DNA from: an uncultured Planctomycetota bacterium
GTDB lineage: Bacteria > Planctomycetota > Planctomycetia > Pirellulales > Thermoguttaceae
Assembly (NCBI GenBank): GCA_902803085.1
Contig: CADCOO010000009.1
Span: 1 to 42,678 of the forward strand
Direction: 5' to 3'
Length of the DNA: 42,678 bases
The position numbers and the translations under genes are program-made. This document shows positions 8,217 to 16,641 of the stretch, piece by piece. A model generated the notes under the pieces. It saw only the letters and a program-made list of their open reading frames with translations. It was not told where the DNA came from and did no database searches. Position 1 is the stretch's first letter. Every line of letters starts with the position of its first letter.

Positions 8217-10055
8217 ATGAAAACATGGACGACAAGATTCGCGGCGCTCGTCGTCGCCTTTAGCGGTATTATTACGGCGGCGAACGCCGACGAGACGGCG
8301 CAGGCGCGCCTGAACGCGCTCGATTACGGCGTAAAACTCAACGACGAGAAGTTCGACAATACGGCGGCGTTACAGAGCGCGCTCGACGCGGCAGGCGATA
8401 TGGGCGGCGCCGTCGTCGAACTGCCAAGCGGGCGCTTCCGTTTCGACGGAACCCTTGTCGTTCCGACCGGCGTAACTCTCCAAGGGACATATCGCGTTCC
8501 GCCGACCGTCGTGAATAAAGACGAGCGTCCGACCGGCACGACGCTCCTCACGTATGCTAATCGCGGCAATCCGGACGGCGCGCCCTTTATTAATCTTAAG
8601 GGCTCCAACAGCGCGATTAAGGGGCTTGTGGTAACGTACCCGGAATGGAGTATGACGGTCGTTCCGCCGACTCCGTATCCGCCGTGCGTCGCGTCGGAAG
8701 ACACGGAAAACGTCGGCGTGATCGATTGTTGCCTCCTCAATCCGTACGAAGGGATCAGGTTTCATTTAGCGCATCGGCATCTCGTTCGCAACGTTACGGG
8801 CTATCCCAGCTGGCGAGGTCTTTTTGTCGACGAATGTTACGATATTGGGCATATTGAGAACGTGCACTTCTGGCCGTTTGGCGTTTTGTATAAGCCTGAC
8901 GATCCTTACTGCGAGTGGGTGAACGTTAACGGAACGGCGTTTGAATTCGCGCGAACCGATTGGCATTATGTTTCGAACACGTTCTGTTTTGGCTATGGGC
9001 GCGGGTACTATTTCAGCGATCATGGAAAGGGCGGGACGAACGGAAACTTTTTGGGAATTGGCGCCGATTCATGTCGGCGCGCCGTGTTGGTCGAGCAGTC
9101 GCAGAAGCAGGGATTGTTGATTACGAACGGCGAGTTCGTCGGACGCTGGACGAGCGAGGATTCCGTCTGCGTCGAGATCGGCGAGGAAAACGACGGCGCC
9201 GTTATGCTCAATAATTGTTCCTTCTGGGGACCCGTTAAAACGTGCGTTCTTTCGAAACAGAAGACCGGACGCGTTACGCTAACGGCGTGCGAATTCGTCA
9301 ACTGGGACGAGGTTCATTCGCGCAACGCAAAGACGGGCTCGGCGGCCGTGGAAATCGAAGCGGGGCGCGCGACGTTGCAAGGTTGTTCTTTTGAGCAGGG
9401 CGGCGCGCACCTGGCGATCGGAAAGAAGGCGCTTTACGTTACCGCCGTTGGGAATCAGGCGCCCGGTGGATTTCATGTCGTCGGCGACGTTTCGCCTTTT
9501 AAAACCCAGTTTGCCGCTAACGAGCTTGATTCTCTCGACGCGTTTCCCGACGGCAAGACTCATTATCAAGTTCTCCTTGGATCGGCCGGAGACTCGCGTT
9601 TCATTCGATATTGGTACGGACCAGAGGAGAATGCGACGCGAACTTTCAGATGGTCGGGGGACGAATCTCGGCTTGTTCTGCCTCTTCCTGAGAAAGTCGA
9701 GCGCGCGACGGTAACGCTTATTTTAGACGCGCCCGACCAGGCGGCGGCGCAAGACGGAGATTCCGAGACGCCGGGCGTTTATTTTAACGATCAACTCCTC
9801 GCGCCGATCAAACCCGGTCCAAACGCTTTGCAATTTGAGGTCGAGCCGAAGCCGGACGATTTTTCGTCCAATCATGAAATAACCCTCTATGTTCGCTGTC
9901 GCGGCTGGCGTCCCGTAGATTTTCACGCCAATTCCACAGACGAGCGTACGCTAGGCGTCGCTTGTTTCAAAGCGATTGTTCGAACGCCCGACGCCAGGGA
10001 AGACGCGATCTTTAACGCCAATACGGGCGAATGGACGTCGGATGAAGAGGAATAA
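8217..10055 (+). CDS. Secreted right-handed beta-helix protein (pectate-lyase superfamily, Pectate_lyase_3-like N-terminus)
   Basis: 612 aa with a signal peptide (MKTWTTRFAALVVAFSGIITAANA). This is followed by LDYGVKLNDEKFDNTAALQSALDAAGDMGGAVVELPSGRFRFDGTLVVPTGVTLQG, the typical opening of pectate-lyase-3 / GH55-like beta-helix proteins. Confidence 0.65.
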   Translation: MKTWTTRFAALVVAFSGIITAANADETAQARLNALDYGVKLNDEKFDNTAALQSALDAAGDMGGAVVELPSGRFRFDGTLVVPTGVTLQGTYRVPPTVVNKDERPTGTTLLTYANRGNPDGAPFINLKGSNSAIKGLVVTYPEWSMTVVPPTPYPPCVASEDTENVGVIDCCLLNPYEGIRFHLAHRHLVRNVTGYPSWRGLFVDECYDIGHIENVHFWPFGVLYKPDDPYCEWVNVNGTAFEFARTDWHYVSNTFCFGYGRGYYFSDHGKGGTNGNFLGIGADSCRRAVLVEQSQKQGLLITNGEFVGRWTSEDSVCVEIGEENDGAVMLNNCSFWGPVKTCVLSKQKTGRVTLTACEFVNWDEVHSRNAKTGSAAVEIEAGRATLQGCSFEQGGAHLAIGKKALYVTAVGNQAPGGFHVVGDVSPFKTQFAANELDSLDAFPDGKTHYQVLLGSAGDSRFIRYWYGPEENATRTFRWSGDESRLVLPLPEKVERATVTLILDAPDQAAAQDGDSETPGVYFNDQLLAPIKPGPNALQFEVEPKPDDFSSNHEITLYVRCRGWRPVDFHANSTDERTLGVACFKAIVRTPDAREDAIFNANTGEWTSDEEE

Positions 10056-10086
10056 CGAATTCTGTGCCGTAGCCATTTAACGAACG

Positions 10087-10120
10087 AGCGTCCCGTTCGG
10101 CGTGTTCCGGTCGGGACGCT
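10087..10120. terminator. Hairpin between convergent genes, a possible bidirectional terminator
   Basis: AGCGTCCCG (10087-10095) and CGGGACGCT (10112-10120) form a perfect 9-bp stem with a 16-nt loop. A weak T-rich tract (TTACGTTAT) follows. The hairpin lies between the stops at 10055 (+) and 10140 (-). Confidence 0.45.
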
Positions 10121-10139
10121 TTACGTTATCGCCAGACGA

Positions 10140-11333
10140 CTAATGCGCCTTTTTAAGATAGTATGCGCCGAGCAGGCCGAGAACGAGATTGCCGAGCCAA
10201 ATTGAAAGGGGGGGTAAAACGCCGCTCTTAGCGTTATGAAGCGCTATTTGAAAGCACATGAAGTAGGGCGCCAGCGTTATAACGCACGCGACTAACGGCG
10301 TTGGTATTTCCGGTATTCGATACTTCGTTTTGAGCTCCTCTGGATTGTAACAAATGGCGAAGGGCGCGCTCAACCATGCGAAAAAGAAACAACTGAAACC
10401 CGTTGCCCACGCGCGTGGCGCTAGCAACCGATAACCGTTTCGCCGACGTGTGAATTCGCGTTCGCGCCATTCGCGCGATCGCCATTCTTGATGCGACGTC
10501 TCGAAAAGATTACCGGAAAGGAGCGCAAAACTCGCCTGCGCGGCAAGCGTGCGATGGTAATTCTGACGCTCGGCGTCGAGCGTCGCCAGCGCCTCCTTGC
10601 TCTTCGAGGCGGGCGGGTCGATTCTGAACGACTTGAAGAAGTCGTTAATGGGTAGTTCGATCGGGTATTCTTGCGGTAGCGCGGCGACGGCGTTCGGCGT
10701 GTTCGCTTCCGTATTGTAAAGTTTAACGACGACGATCGGACCCAAATCGTCGTTATTCTGCACCTCGATCTCGGCGCGCTCCGCGCTTATGTTGAGGTCT
10801 TCTTTCTTACATGTGAAAACCGGATTAATGAGCACGTTGTCTTCCGTTACCGCGGAAACGTCGATGACGTACTTGTTGCCCGGCAAGGCGAAGGTGCGAT
10901 TCTTCTTCAGTTGCGAGATGATCGTCGATTCGAATCCGTTAATAATCGTATTTCGGAACATTCCCTTGCCCCAGTAAGCGGACAGGTCGGTGAGCCACAC
11001 GTTCGCAAGGCTAACGACGAACATCATGATATAAATGGGCGCAATAATACGCCAGGGCGCTATTCCCATGGCTTTGAGCGCGATGATTTCGTTATTAGCT
11101 CGCATTTTCGAAAAACGATAAGCTATGGCGATAACTCCGAATATCGGTATAAAAATCGAAAGGAGTTCCGGCGCTTTATAAGGAATTGCCTTAATGCCGA
11201 GCGACGCCGGATAGCCTTGAAAGGACGTTTGAATGATCACAAAAACCGGCGTTAGTGCGAAGAGCACTAACAAACAGCGAACAAAAAGACTCAAAACGCC
11301 GAAAAATACGTAACGGGTATATATCCTCATCAT
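10140..11333 (-). CDS. LptF/LptG (YjgP/YjgQ) family permease
   Basis: Multi-TM protein that starts like the family (MMRIYTRYVFFGVLSLF...). It has the conserved KMRANNEIIALKAMGIAPWRIIAPI segment after TM3, a soluble beta-rich middle domain, and three C-terminal TM helices. I prefer the internal Met (11333 or 11330) to the track start at 11414, but the start is uncertain. Confidence 0.65.
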   Translation of the reverse strand: MMRIYTRYVFFGVLSLFVRCLLVLFALTPVFVIIQTSFQGYPASLGIKAIPYKAPELLSIFIPIFGVIAIAYRFSKMRANNEIIALKAMGIAPWRIIAPIYIMMFVVSLANVWLTDLSAYWGKGMFRNTIINGFESTIISQLKKNRTFALPGNKYVIDVSAVTEDNVLINPVFTCKKEDLNISAERAEIEVQNNDDLGPIVVVKLYNTEANTPNAVAALPQEYPIELPINDFFKSFRIDPPASKSKEALATLDAERQNYHRTLAAQASFALLSGNLFETSHQEWRSREWREREFTRRRNGYRLLAPRAWATGFSCFFFAWLSAPFAICYNPEELKTKYRIPEIPTPLVACVITLAPYFMCFQIALHNAKSGVLPPLSIWLGNLVLGLLGAYYLKKAH

Positions 11334-12194
11334 GATCCCTCTCATCCGTGAAAGCGTCGTCTCCAGACGGCGCTTCGGGGGCGGCATCATAATAAATACG
11401 GCGTTAAAAGTCAACCTTGGTTTTCCAATTTACATTTTGGCGACTTTTACTCGTTCCTCCGCGTTTTTGTTCCATTCGTCAGAATCATACTATTCGCGAC
11501 GTTCGCTCCATTTGAAAGAACAGATTTCTCAAACGTTCCCCTAATAAACGTTCTCCTCGATATTTTCTTAAAATGCAATTTCATGCGTTCGACCGGCGTC
11601 TCGTTTTGAGGGATTACGAAAAAACGTCTCTTTCTCCTGAACGAAGGCCTGGACGATTTACGATTCTATCACAGCGAAAAGTTTTCATGCGTCCACGACG
11701 CGCCGCAACGGCTCGACGTCGAATCGCGTCAAACCGCAAGACGAAAGGAATGCGGATGAATTTGGGGCGAATTTAACGATTGTGTCGACCAGCGTCTGCG
11801 TTCGTCGATTTATTTGGGAGCTTTTTGAACGTTGACGGCGAAGCGGAACGTATTACCTACAGCGCGTTGCTAACAAGCGGCGCGGTTGAGGTCGTACGAG
11901 ACGAACGCCGCGACGACGTTATTTTATATGGAAGCGGTTTTGAAAAGCGCGCGAGTTCTGTCGAGAAGACGGCGCTCACGGCGTTTCAACGGCGCAAACG
12001 ACGCGCGTTCGCTATGCCGAACGCGCGTGGCGCGCGGCGAACAACGCGAGATTTTTCTCCACCGGCAGCTTCGCTAGGAGGGCGACTGAAAAGGAGTTCC
12101 ATTTCGATCTTTGGAGAAATGCGCGGAGCGCGTTTGAGCAGGACGCTCGTCCGTAAGATCGACAAACCGACGACGACGGTCGTTTGGTGAAAAC

Positions 12195-14105
12195 ATGTTA
12201 TCAATCCTCCGAATGGGCGTCGGCTTTTGTACGGCGCTTATCCTTTGTTTTCCCGTCTCGGGCAGCGAACCGAACGCTAGTTCATCCGCGTGGACCCCGA
12301 CGGCGACTATGCGGTCAAGCGCGGCGCCCAAGGCGCTACGCGCGCTTGATCCTTCGCAAGCTCGCGACGTTAAACTGGAGCGTTCGCGACCGACGTCCGT
12401 AGTCGATCTTTCGCTCGCTACGAACGACGAAGCGACCCGAATTCTCGAAGAAGGCGAAGAACTCATGGCGCAAAAGCGATGGTTCGACGCGAAAAAACGC
12501 TTTGAGAAAGGGCTGCGATCTTTTCCAGATTCTGCGCCGTTGCGCGCGAAGTTCGCTGAAGCGCGACGGCGTCAGGAGATTGGCGCGCGCTATCAGGACG
12601 GATCTTTCGTTGCGTTAACGACTCGCGCCACGTTAGACGACGCGCGCGTTGTTTTCGACGAGGTTTTCGACGATATCGATCGCTATCACGTCGACTCGCC
12701 GGCGTACCGCGAACTCTTTGATTTCGGGGTCGCCGGGCTTGGCGAGGCGCTCGAAGAAGACTTGTTCTATCGTCAATACAAAGCTCCGTTGACGTACAGG
12801 TCGGTCGGACTTGAAACGTATCGAATCATGCGCGACCGTCTGAAGAGCGAGAGTTTTCGCAATAAGGAAGACGTCTGGCGTGCGGTGCAGTGGATGGCGC
12901 GTCAGCTTCAGCGACGATTAGGAGTTCCTGAGTCGGCTACGATTTGCGAATTCCTGGCTTCTGCCGTCTGTTCGCTCGACGCGTATTCCGCCTCGCTGAC
13001 GCCGGTGCAAGTCGACGACGTTTTTTCACTCATCGACGGACGATTTGTTGGAATCGGCGTCGAGTTGAAGATCGACGCGCCTAATAAAATCGCGCGCGTT
13101 ATTCCAGGAAGTCCGGCTGAAGAAGCGGGAATTCTCGTGGGAGACGAGCTCGTTGAGATTGACGGACAGACGACGGAAAATCTCACGGGCGCCGAGGTCG
13201 GCGATCTCCTCCAGGGCGTGGAAGGTGAAAAAACGACGCTCGTTCTTCGCGGCGCGAGCGGTTTCGAGCGCACGATTACGGCGGTTCGGCGTCCGATTGA
13301 GGTGCCGAGCGTAGAAGACGCGAAGTTGTTGGAAACGCCCGGCTCGATCGGCTACCTAAAGATATCGTGTTTCCAGAAGACGACGACGGGCGAACTTGCC
13401 GTTGCTCTTGATCGATTTGTTGCGATGGGCGCCAAGGCGTTGATAATCGACCTGCGTCAGAATCCCGGCGGGTTGCTTCAAGAAGCGGTTAGCGTGTCGG
13501 AACTCTTTCTGGAAGACGAGATGATTGTTCAGACGCGCGGTCGCAACGGTTACCATGCGTTTCGCGCGCACAACGCGCACGCTTATTCGTTGCCGCTCGT
13601 CCTTTTGGTCGACGGGAATAGCGCGAGCGCGGCTGAAATCTTCGCGGGCGCGATGCAGGAGAATGGTCGAGCGGTCGTCGTCGGCGTTCAGAGCTACGGC
13701 AAGGGTACGGTTCAAGCGATCGTTCAGCTTAACGTGGCGAGCGCCAGTCAGAAGCCGATCGCCGGTCTGCGTCTCACGACCGAGAAGTTCTACTCGCCCA
13801 AAGGACGCGCCTACAGTGGGGTCGGCGTAACGCCGAACGTCGATATCGCGGCGGCGCTGGAACGTCAGTCGCGAATGGCGCCGACGAACCAAGCGTACGC
13901 TCAGGAGATTGCCGAGTCGAGCGCGGAACGCGAAGAGAACGCTTCCGGAGCCGAACGCGAGTTCGTTGGATACATTCGCCGCCCGAGTCGTTCGCAATCC
14001 GATTTCAACGGCGATCTATACCTTTCGATTGGCGTTCGCGAAGCGTTGAAGCTCGAGCAGACTGCGGCCCGCGCCGACGCGCACGCGTTTAACGCCGCGT
14101 TGTAG
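12195..14105 (+). CDS. S41-family C-terminal processing peptidase (Ctp/Prc-like) with a PDZ domain
   Basis: 636 aa with a signal peptide (MLSILRMGVGFCTALILCFPVSG). The PDZ domain reads GIGVELKIDAPNKIARVIPGSPAEEAGILVGDELVEIDG. The S41 core has LIIDLRQNPGGLL, LVDGNSASAAEIFAGAMQ (catalytic Ser) and SYGKGTVQ (catalytic Lys). Confidence 0.88.
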   Translation: MLSILRMGVGFCTALILCFPVSGSEPNASSSAWTPTATMRSSAAPKALRALDPSQARDVKLERSRPTSVVDLSLATNDEATRILEEGEELMAQKRWFDAKKRFEKGLRSFPDSAPLRAKFAEARRRQEIGARYQDGSFVALTTRATLDDARVVFDEVFDDIDRYHVDSPAYRELFDFGVAGLGEALEEDLFYRQYKAPLTYRSVGLETYRIMRDRLKSESFRNKEDVWRAVQWMARQLQRRLGVPESATICEFLASAVCSLDAYSASLTPVQVDDVFSLIDGRFVGIGVELKIDAPNKIARVIPGSPAEEAGILVGDELVEIDGQTTENLTGAEVGDLLQGVEGEKTTLVLRGASGFERTITAVRRPIEVPSVEDAKLLETPGSIGYLKISCFQKTTTGELAVALDRFVAMGAKALIIDLRQNPGGLLQEAVSVSELFLEDEMIVQTRGRNGYHAFRAHNAHAYSLPLVLLVDGNSASAAEIFAGAMQENGRAVVVGVQSYGKGTVQAIVQLNVASASQKPIAGLRLTTEKFYSPKGRAYSGVGVTPNVDIAAALERQSRMAPTNQAYAQEIAESSAEREENASGAEREFVGYIRRPSRSQSDFNGDLYLSIGVREALKLEQTAARADAHAFNAAL

Positions 14106-14149
14106 TCGGGCGCGACGTCCCGGTAATGCGAATACGCAATTGTGAAAAA

Positions 14150-14185
14150 GGTTCTCCTCGGTCTTGCCGGGGAGAGCCTTTTTTC
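14150..14185 (+). terminator. Rho-independent terminator after the S41 peptidase gene
   Basis: GGTTCTCC (14150-14157) and GGAGAGCC (14171-14178) form an 8-bp stem with one G-U pair. It is followed by TTTTTT (14179-14185), 45 nt after the stop. Confidence 0.7.
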
Positions 14186-15102
14186 TCGTACGACGCGTCT
14201 GACGCGGTCGTCGTACGATAGGTGAAAAGATAATAATCGTTATATCTTCTCTGTTTTGTTTTGTCGATACAGGCGAAATTTAAGGTATTATCGTTGTGTT
14301 CGTTTAAGCTTGCGTAATGCCTAACTCTATGATACTATTGATCCTTTAAGGTTTCCGTTTGCCAGTCTTTTTCAGTTTTTTTTCGGGCGTTTTTGTCGCG
14401 TTATGAGAACGCTTTCTTTGTTGGAACCGCGACGTTGTAAAAAGACGTCGAACGCCATTTCAACGCGTATTTTTACGATGTTTTAACGCCTTGGTCGACG
14501 CCGAGAACGCCTTGTAAACGACGTCGATTTAGAAGAAACAACGACGTGCTCGCGGCGATTTCGTTAAAAAAGAACGCCGGCTTTTTCTGAAGTCTGCTTT
14601 TCAACCTTTCCGATACTAATGGCGTCGGCCGGGCGGTCGGCGCAAGCGTCCTGCGGACGTGCGCGTCGCTACCTTGCCGTAAGCGAATTCGAAGGGAATT
14701 TGCGAAATCTTTTAAAGGTCGCTTAGGCGAGAGTCGATAAAGATAAGGCAATTTTTCCAGCGTTCGCTAGACGCAGACTCTTTGCAACGACGAGTGCGTT
14801 GGAAAGTTTGCTAGTCCTCCGTTCGACGTCGAGTCTTTGAACGACGCGTCGGCCGGATTGATTACGACGATCATGACGACTTCGGTCGTCTAGTATTTCG
14901 CCGAAAGGTCCTAGCCCAATTAGTCGCGTTGTATTGATGAATTCGAACGACGCGCTAGGGCAAGCCAATTGGTCAAGCCCAGAGTTTGAGAAAGGAACTC
15001 AAACGCGCTGATCGAACGATTCGATATCTTCGGAATGGATTGACGCGGAGTAGCGGCTAATTGACCCTTCGGTTTTCCAGGTTTAAAAGGAGTTTACCTA
15101 TT

Positions 15103-15756
15103 ATGAAAATTCGTTTGACTGCTTGCTTTGTTGCTCTGGCGGCTATTTTTGCCTCCGCGAGCGCTTTTGCTCAAGACTGCGCGCCTTGCGCCGCTGCCTC
15201 CGATATCTCGTGCACGAGTTGCGCCCCTTGCGCGTCCTGCACCGGTTCCTCTTGCGAACTCTTCGGCGGTCTCCGCTCGTTGCTCGCTTGCCGTCCGTGC
15301 ATTTCCACTTGCACGATTACTCCCGCCTGCACTCCCTGCTCCCCCTGCGCCGCTCCTGCCGCGCCTTCGTGCGGTCCGATCGTCAAGGCCAATCTCCCGA
15401 ATTGCGGCGCTCCGGCGGCTCCGTCCTGCGGTGGATGCGGCGAATGCGCCGATTGCGCGCCCGCTTTGCCCGCGCCGAATTGCTGCGGCCCAATGTTCCC
15501 GTACTTGGCTCCTTGCCTCTATAATGCGGTTCATCGTCCGATCAACGGCGTCTGCAAGCTCGTACACGGCGCATTCAGCGCTCTCGCCGACGTCACGACC
15601 CCGACCGACGATTGCGGTTTCCTGAAGCCCTGCATCGTCGACTGCGGATCTTGCGCGACCTGCGGACCCGTCGACGTCGCTCCGGCGCCGTGCGGTTGCG
15701 GCGATCCGGCTCCGGCTCCCGCCCCGTGCGCTCCCGCCGTTGCTGGTTGCAACTAA
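15103..15756 (+). CDS. Secreted cysteine-rich (32 Cys), Ala/Pro-rich protein of unknown function
   Basis: A strong AAGGAG RBS (15087-15092) lies 10 nt before the ATG at 15103. The signal peptide is MKIRLTACFVALAAIFASASAFA-QD. The mature part is dominated by CxxC units (CAPC, CTSC, CASC, CRPC, CTPC, CSPC, CGGC, CGEC, CADC, CGSC, CATC) and carries a repeated APAAPSCG unit. I chose it over five overlapping ORFs in other frames or on the other strand, which are Arg-rich and lack an RBS or signal peptide. Confidence 0.7.
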   Translation: MKIRLTACFVALAAIFASASAFAQDCAPCAAASDISCTSCAPCASCTGSSCELFGGLRSLLACRPCISTCTITPACTPCSPCAAPAAPSCGPIVKANLPNCGAPAAPSCGGCGECADCAPALPAPNCCGPMFPYLAPCLYNAVHRPINGVCKLVHGAFSALADVTTPTDDCGFLKPCIVDCGSCATCGPVDVAPAPCGCGDPAPAPAPCAPAVAGCN

Positions 15757-15827
15757 CGCGCGCTGAACGCGAGGACTACGACGAAGACCTACGCGTCTCA
15801 ACGACGAGTCCACTCTAAATGAAAGAA

Positions 15828-15868
15828 AGACGGACGGTTCTCGCTACGGGAATCGCCCGTCTTTTCTT
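15828..15868 (+). terminator. Candidate terminator after the Cys-rich protein gene
   Basis: AGACGGACG (15828-15836) pairs with CGCCCGTCT (15854-15862) with one mismatch and a 17-nt loop. It is followed by TTTTCTT. Confidence 0.5.
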
Positions 15869-15880
15869 ATTGGGCTCGTA

Positions 15881-15908
15881 TTGATTTTTTACCGCGCGAG
15901 CATATAAT
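15881..15908 (+). promoter_or_regulatory. Sigma-70-type promoter of rnpB
   Basis: TTGATT (15881-15886), a 16-nt spacer, then TATAAT (15903-15908). The P1 helix of RNase P RNA starts 6-8 nt downstream. Confidence 0.6.
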
Positions 15909-15913
15909 CTAAC

Positions 15914-16295
15914 GCGAGCGTTGGACGAACGGTCGCGGGAAATTGGCGTTTGAGCTATTTCCTGAGGAAAGTCCGGACTCCATAGGATACAACGACGGGT
16001 AACGCCCGCCGGTCGCAAGACCAGGGAAAGCGCAACAGAAAGCAAACCGCCTCCGTTAGGAGGTAAGGGTGAAACGGCGAGGTAAGAGCTCACCGCGTTT
16101 CAGGCAACTGAAACGGCATGGCAAGCCCCGTTGGGAGCAAGGGTAAAACGCGTCGCGTTTTTCGTAAACGGAAGGCGATCCGTCTTCAAGACGCAGGTAA
16201 TCCGCTAGAGCGATTAGGCGACTAATCGTCGAGATAAATGACCGTGCTTCTCCATAGCGAGAGGACAGAATCCGGCTTACAGTCCGGCGCTCCAT
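15914..16295 (+). ncRNA. rnpB: RNase P RNA, bacterial type A
   Basis: Universally conserved blocks are present: GAGGAAAGTCCGGACTCCATAGG (P4 5' strand), GGGTAACGCCCG, AGAAAGCAAACCGCC, GGTAAGGGTGAAACGGCGAGGTAAGAGCTCACCGC, GGGAGCAAGG, and ACAGAATCCGGCTTA (P4 3' strand). P1 forms between GAGCGTTGGAC (15916-15926) and GTCCGGCGCTC (16282-16292). The ends are good to within a few nt. Confidence 0.95.
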
Positions 16296-16641
16296 ATTTC
16301 AATCTTTCAACTTGGATTGTTTCTGCCTCGGCCTGTCCAGTGAGAAAGTTTACGGTTTGAGTTGGACTTGCCGTCCGCATAGGTTGTGCAGGTTCGTTTT
16401 GAGAATCTATCCTTTTCTCGGCGGATTTCTTTTTTCTATTTTCTTTTCGCGGTCGAAAGGGAAGGATAGGGGAGCGTAGCGCTCGAACGTCCTTTTTTCA
16501 TTTTTCAACGTTGAGACGATTGCATCCTCGGCGCTTTCTGTTTATAATTAGAATGGAAGCGTTGTGGAGCGACGTCAGTGGACGGGCGACGCGACGTTAG
16601 TCACTGTACTGAGGATTCAGGATTGTCGACGGCTAGAACTG

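Noticed and set aside
10140-11414. Extended N-termini given by the ORF track for several genes: 11414 for the permease, 18624 for the BNR protein, 40736 for the FAH protein, 21693 for the aminotransferase, and 39261 for ExbB.
   Set aside because: Internal Met codons give family-typical N-termini or signal peptides. For 18708 and 40856 they are preceded by clear GGAGG/AAGGAG RBS sequences. The upstream extensions are Arg-rich and would bury the signal peptides.
11573-12190. ORFs 11573..11776(+) and 11780..12190(+, TTG start) in the long divergent intergenic region.
   Set aside because: They are Arg-rich and low-complexity, with no RBS and no recognisable domain. I do not call them as CDS and list the region as a finding instead.
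14473-14968. Minus-strand ORFs 14473..14751 and 14723..14968 in the long leader upstream of the Cys-rich gene.
   Set aside because: The translations are basic and low-complexity. The two ORFs overlap each other, and there is no start context or domain signal.
15094-15818. Five alternative long ORFs overlapping the Cys-rich gene: 15094..15813(-), 15123..15524(+), 15128..15625(+), 15531..15752(-) and 15612..15818(+). Also the upstream TTG start at 15061.
   Set aside because: The products are Arg/Ala/Ser-rich, with no RBS and no signal peptide. These frames are open only because the GC-rich, Cys/Ala/Pro codon composition is poor in stop codons. The ATG at 15103 has a consensus AAGGAG RBS and starts a clean signal peptide.
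15815-16295. Two minus-strand ORFs (15815..16093 and 16056..16295).
   Set aside because: They lie entirely within, or opposite to, the RNase P RNA gene. That gene is identified by universally conserved P4 and other blocks and by a closing P1 helix.
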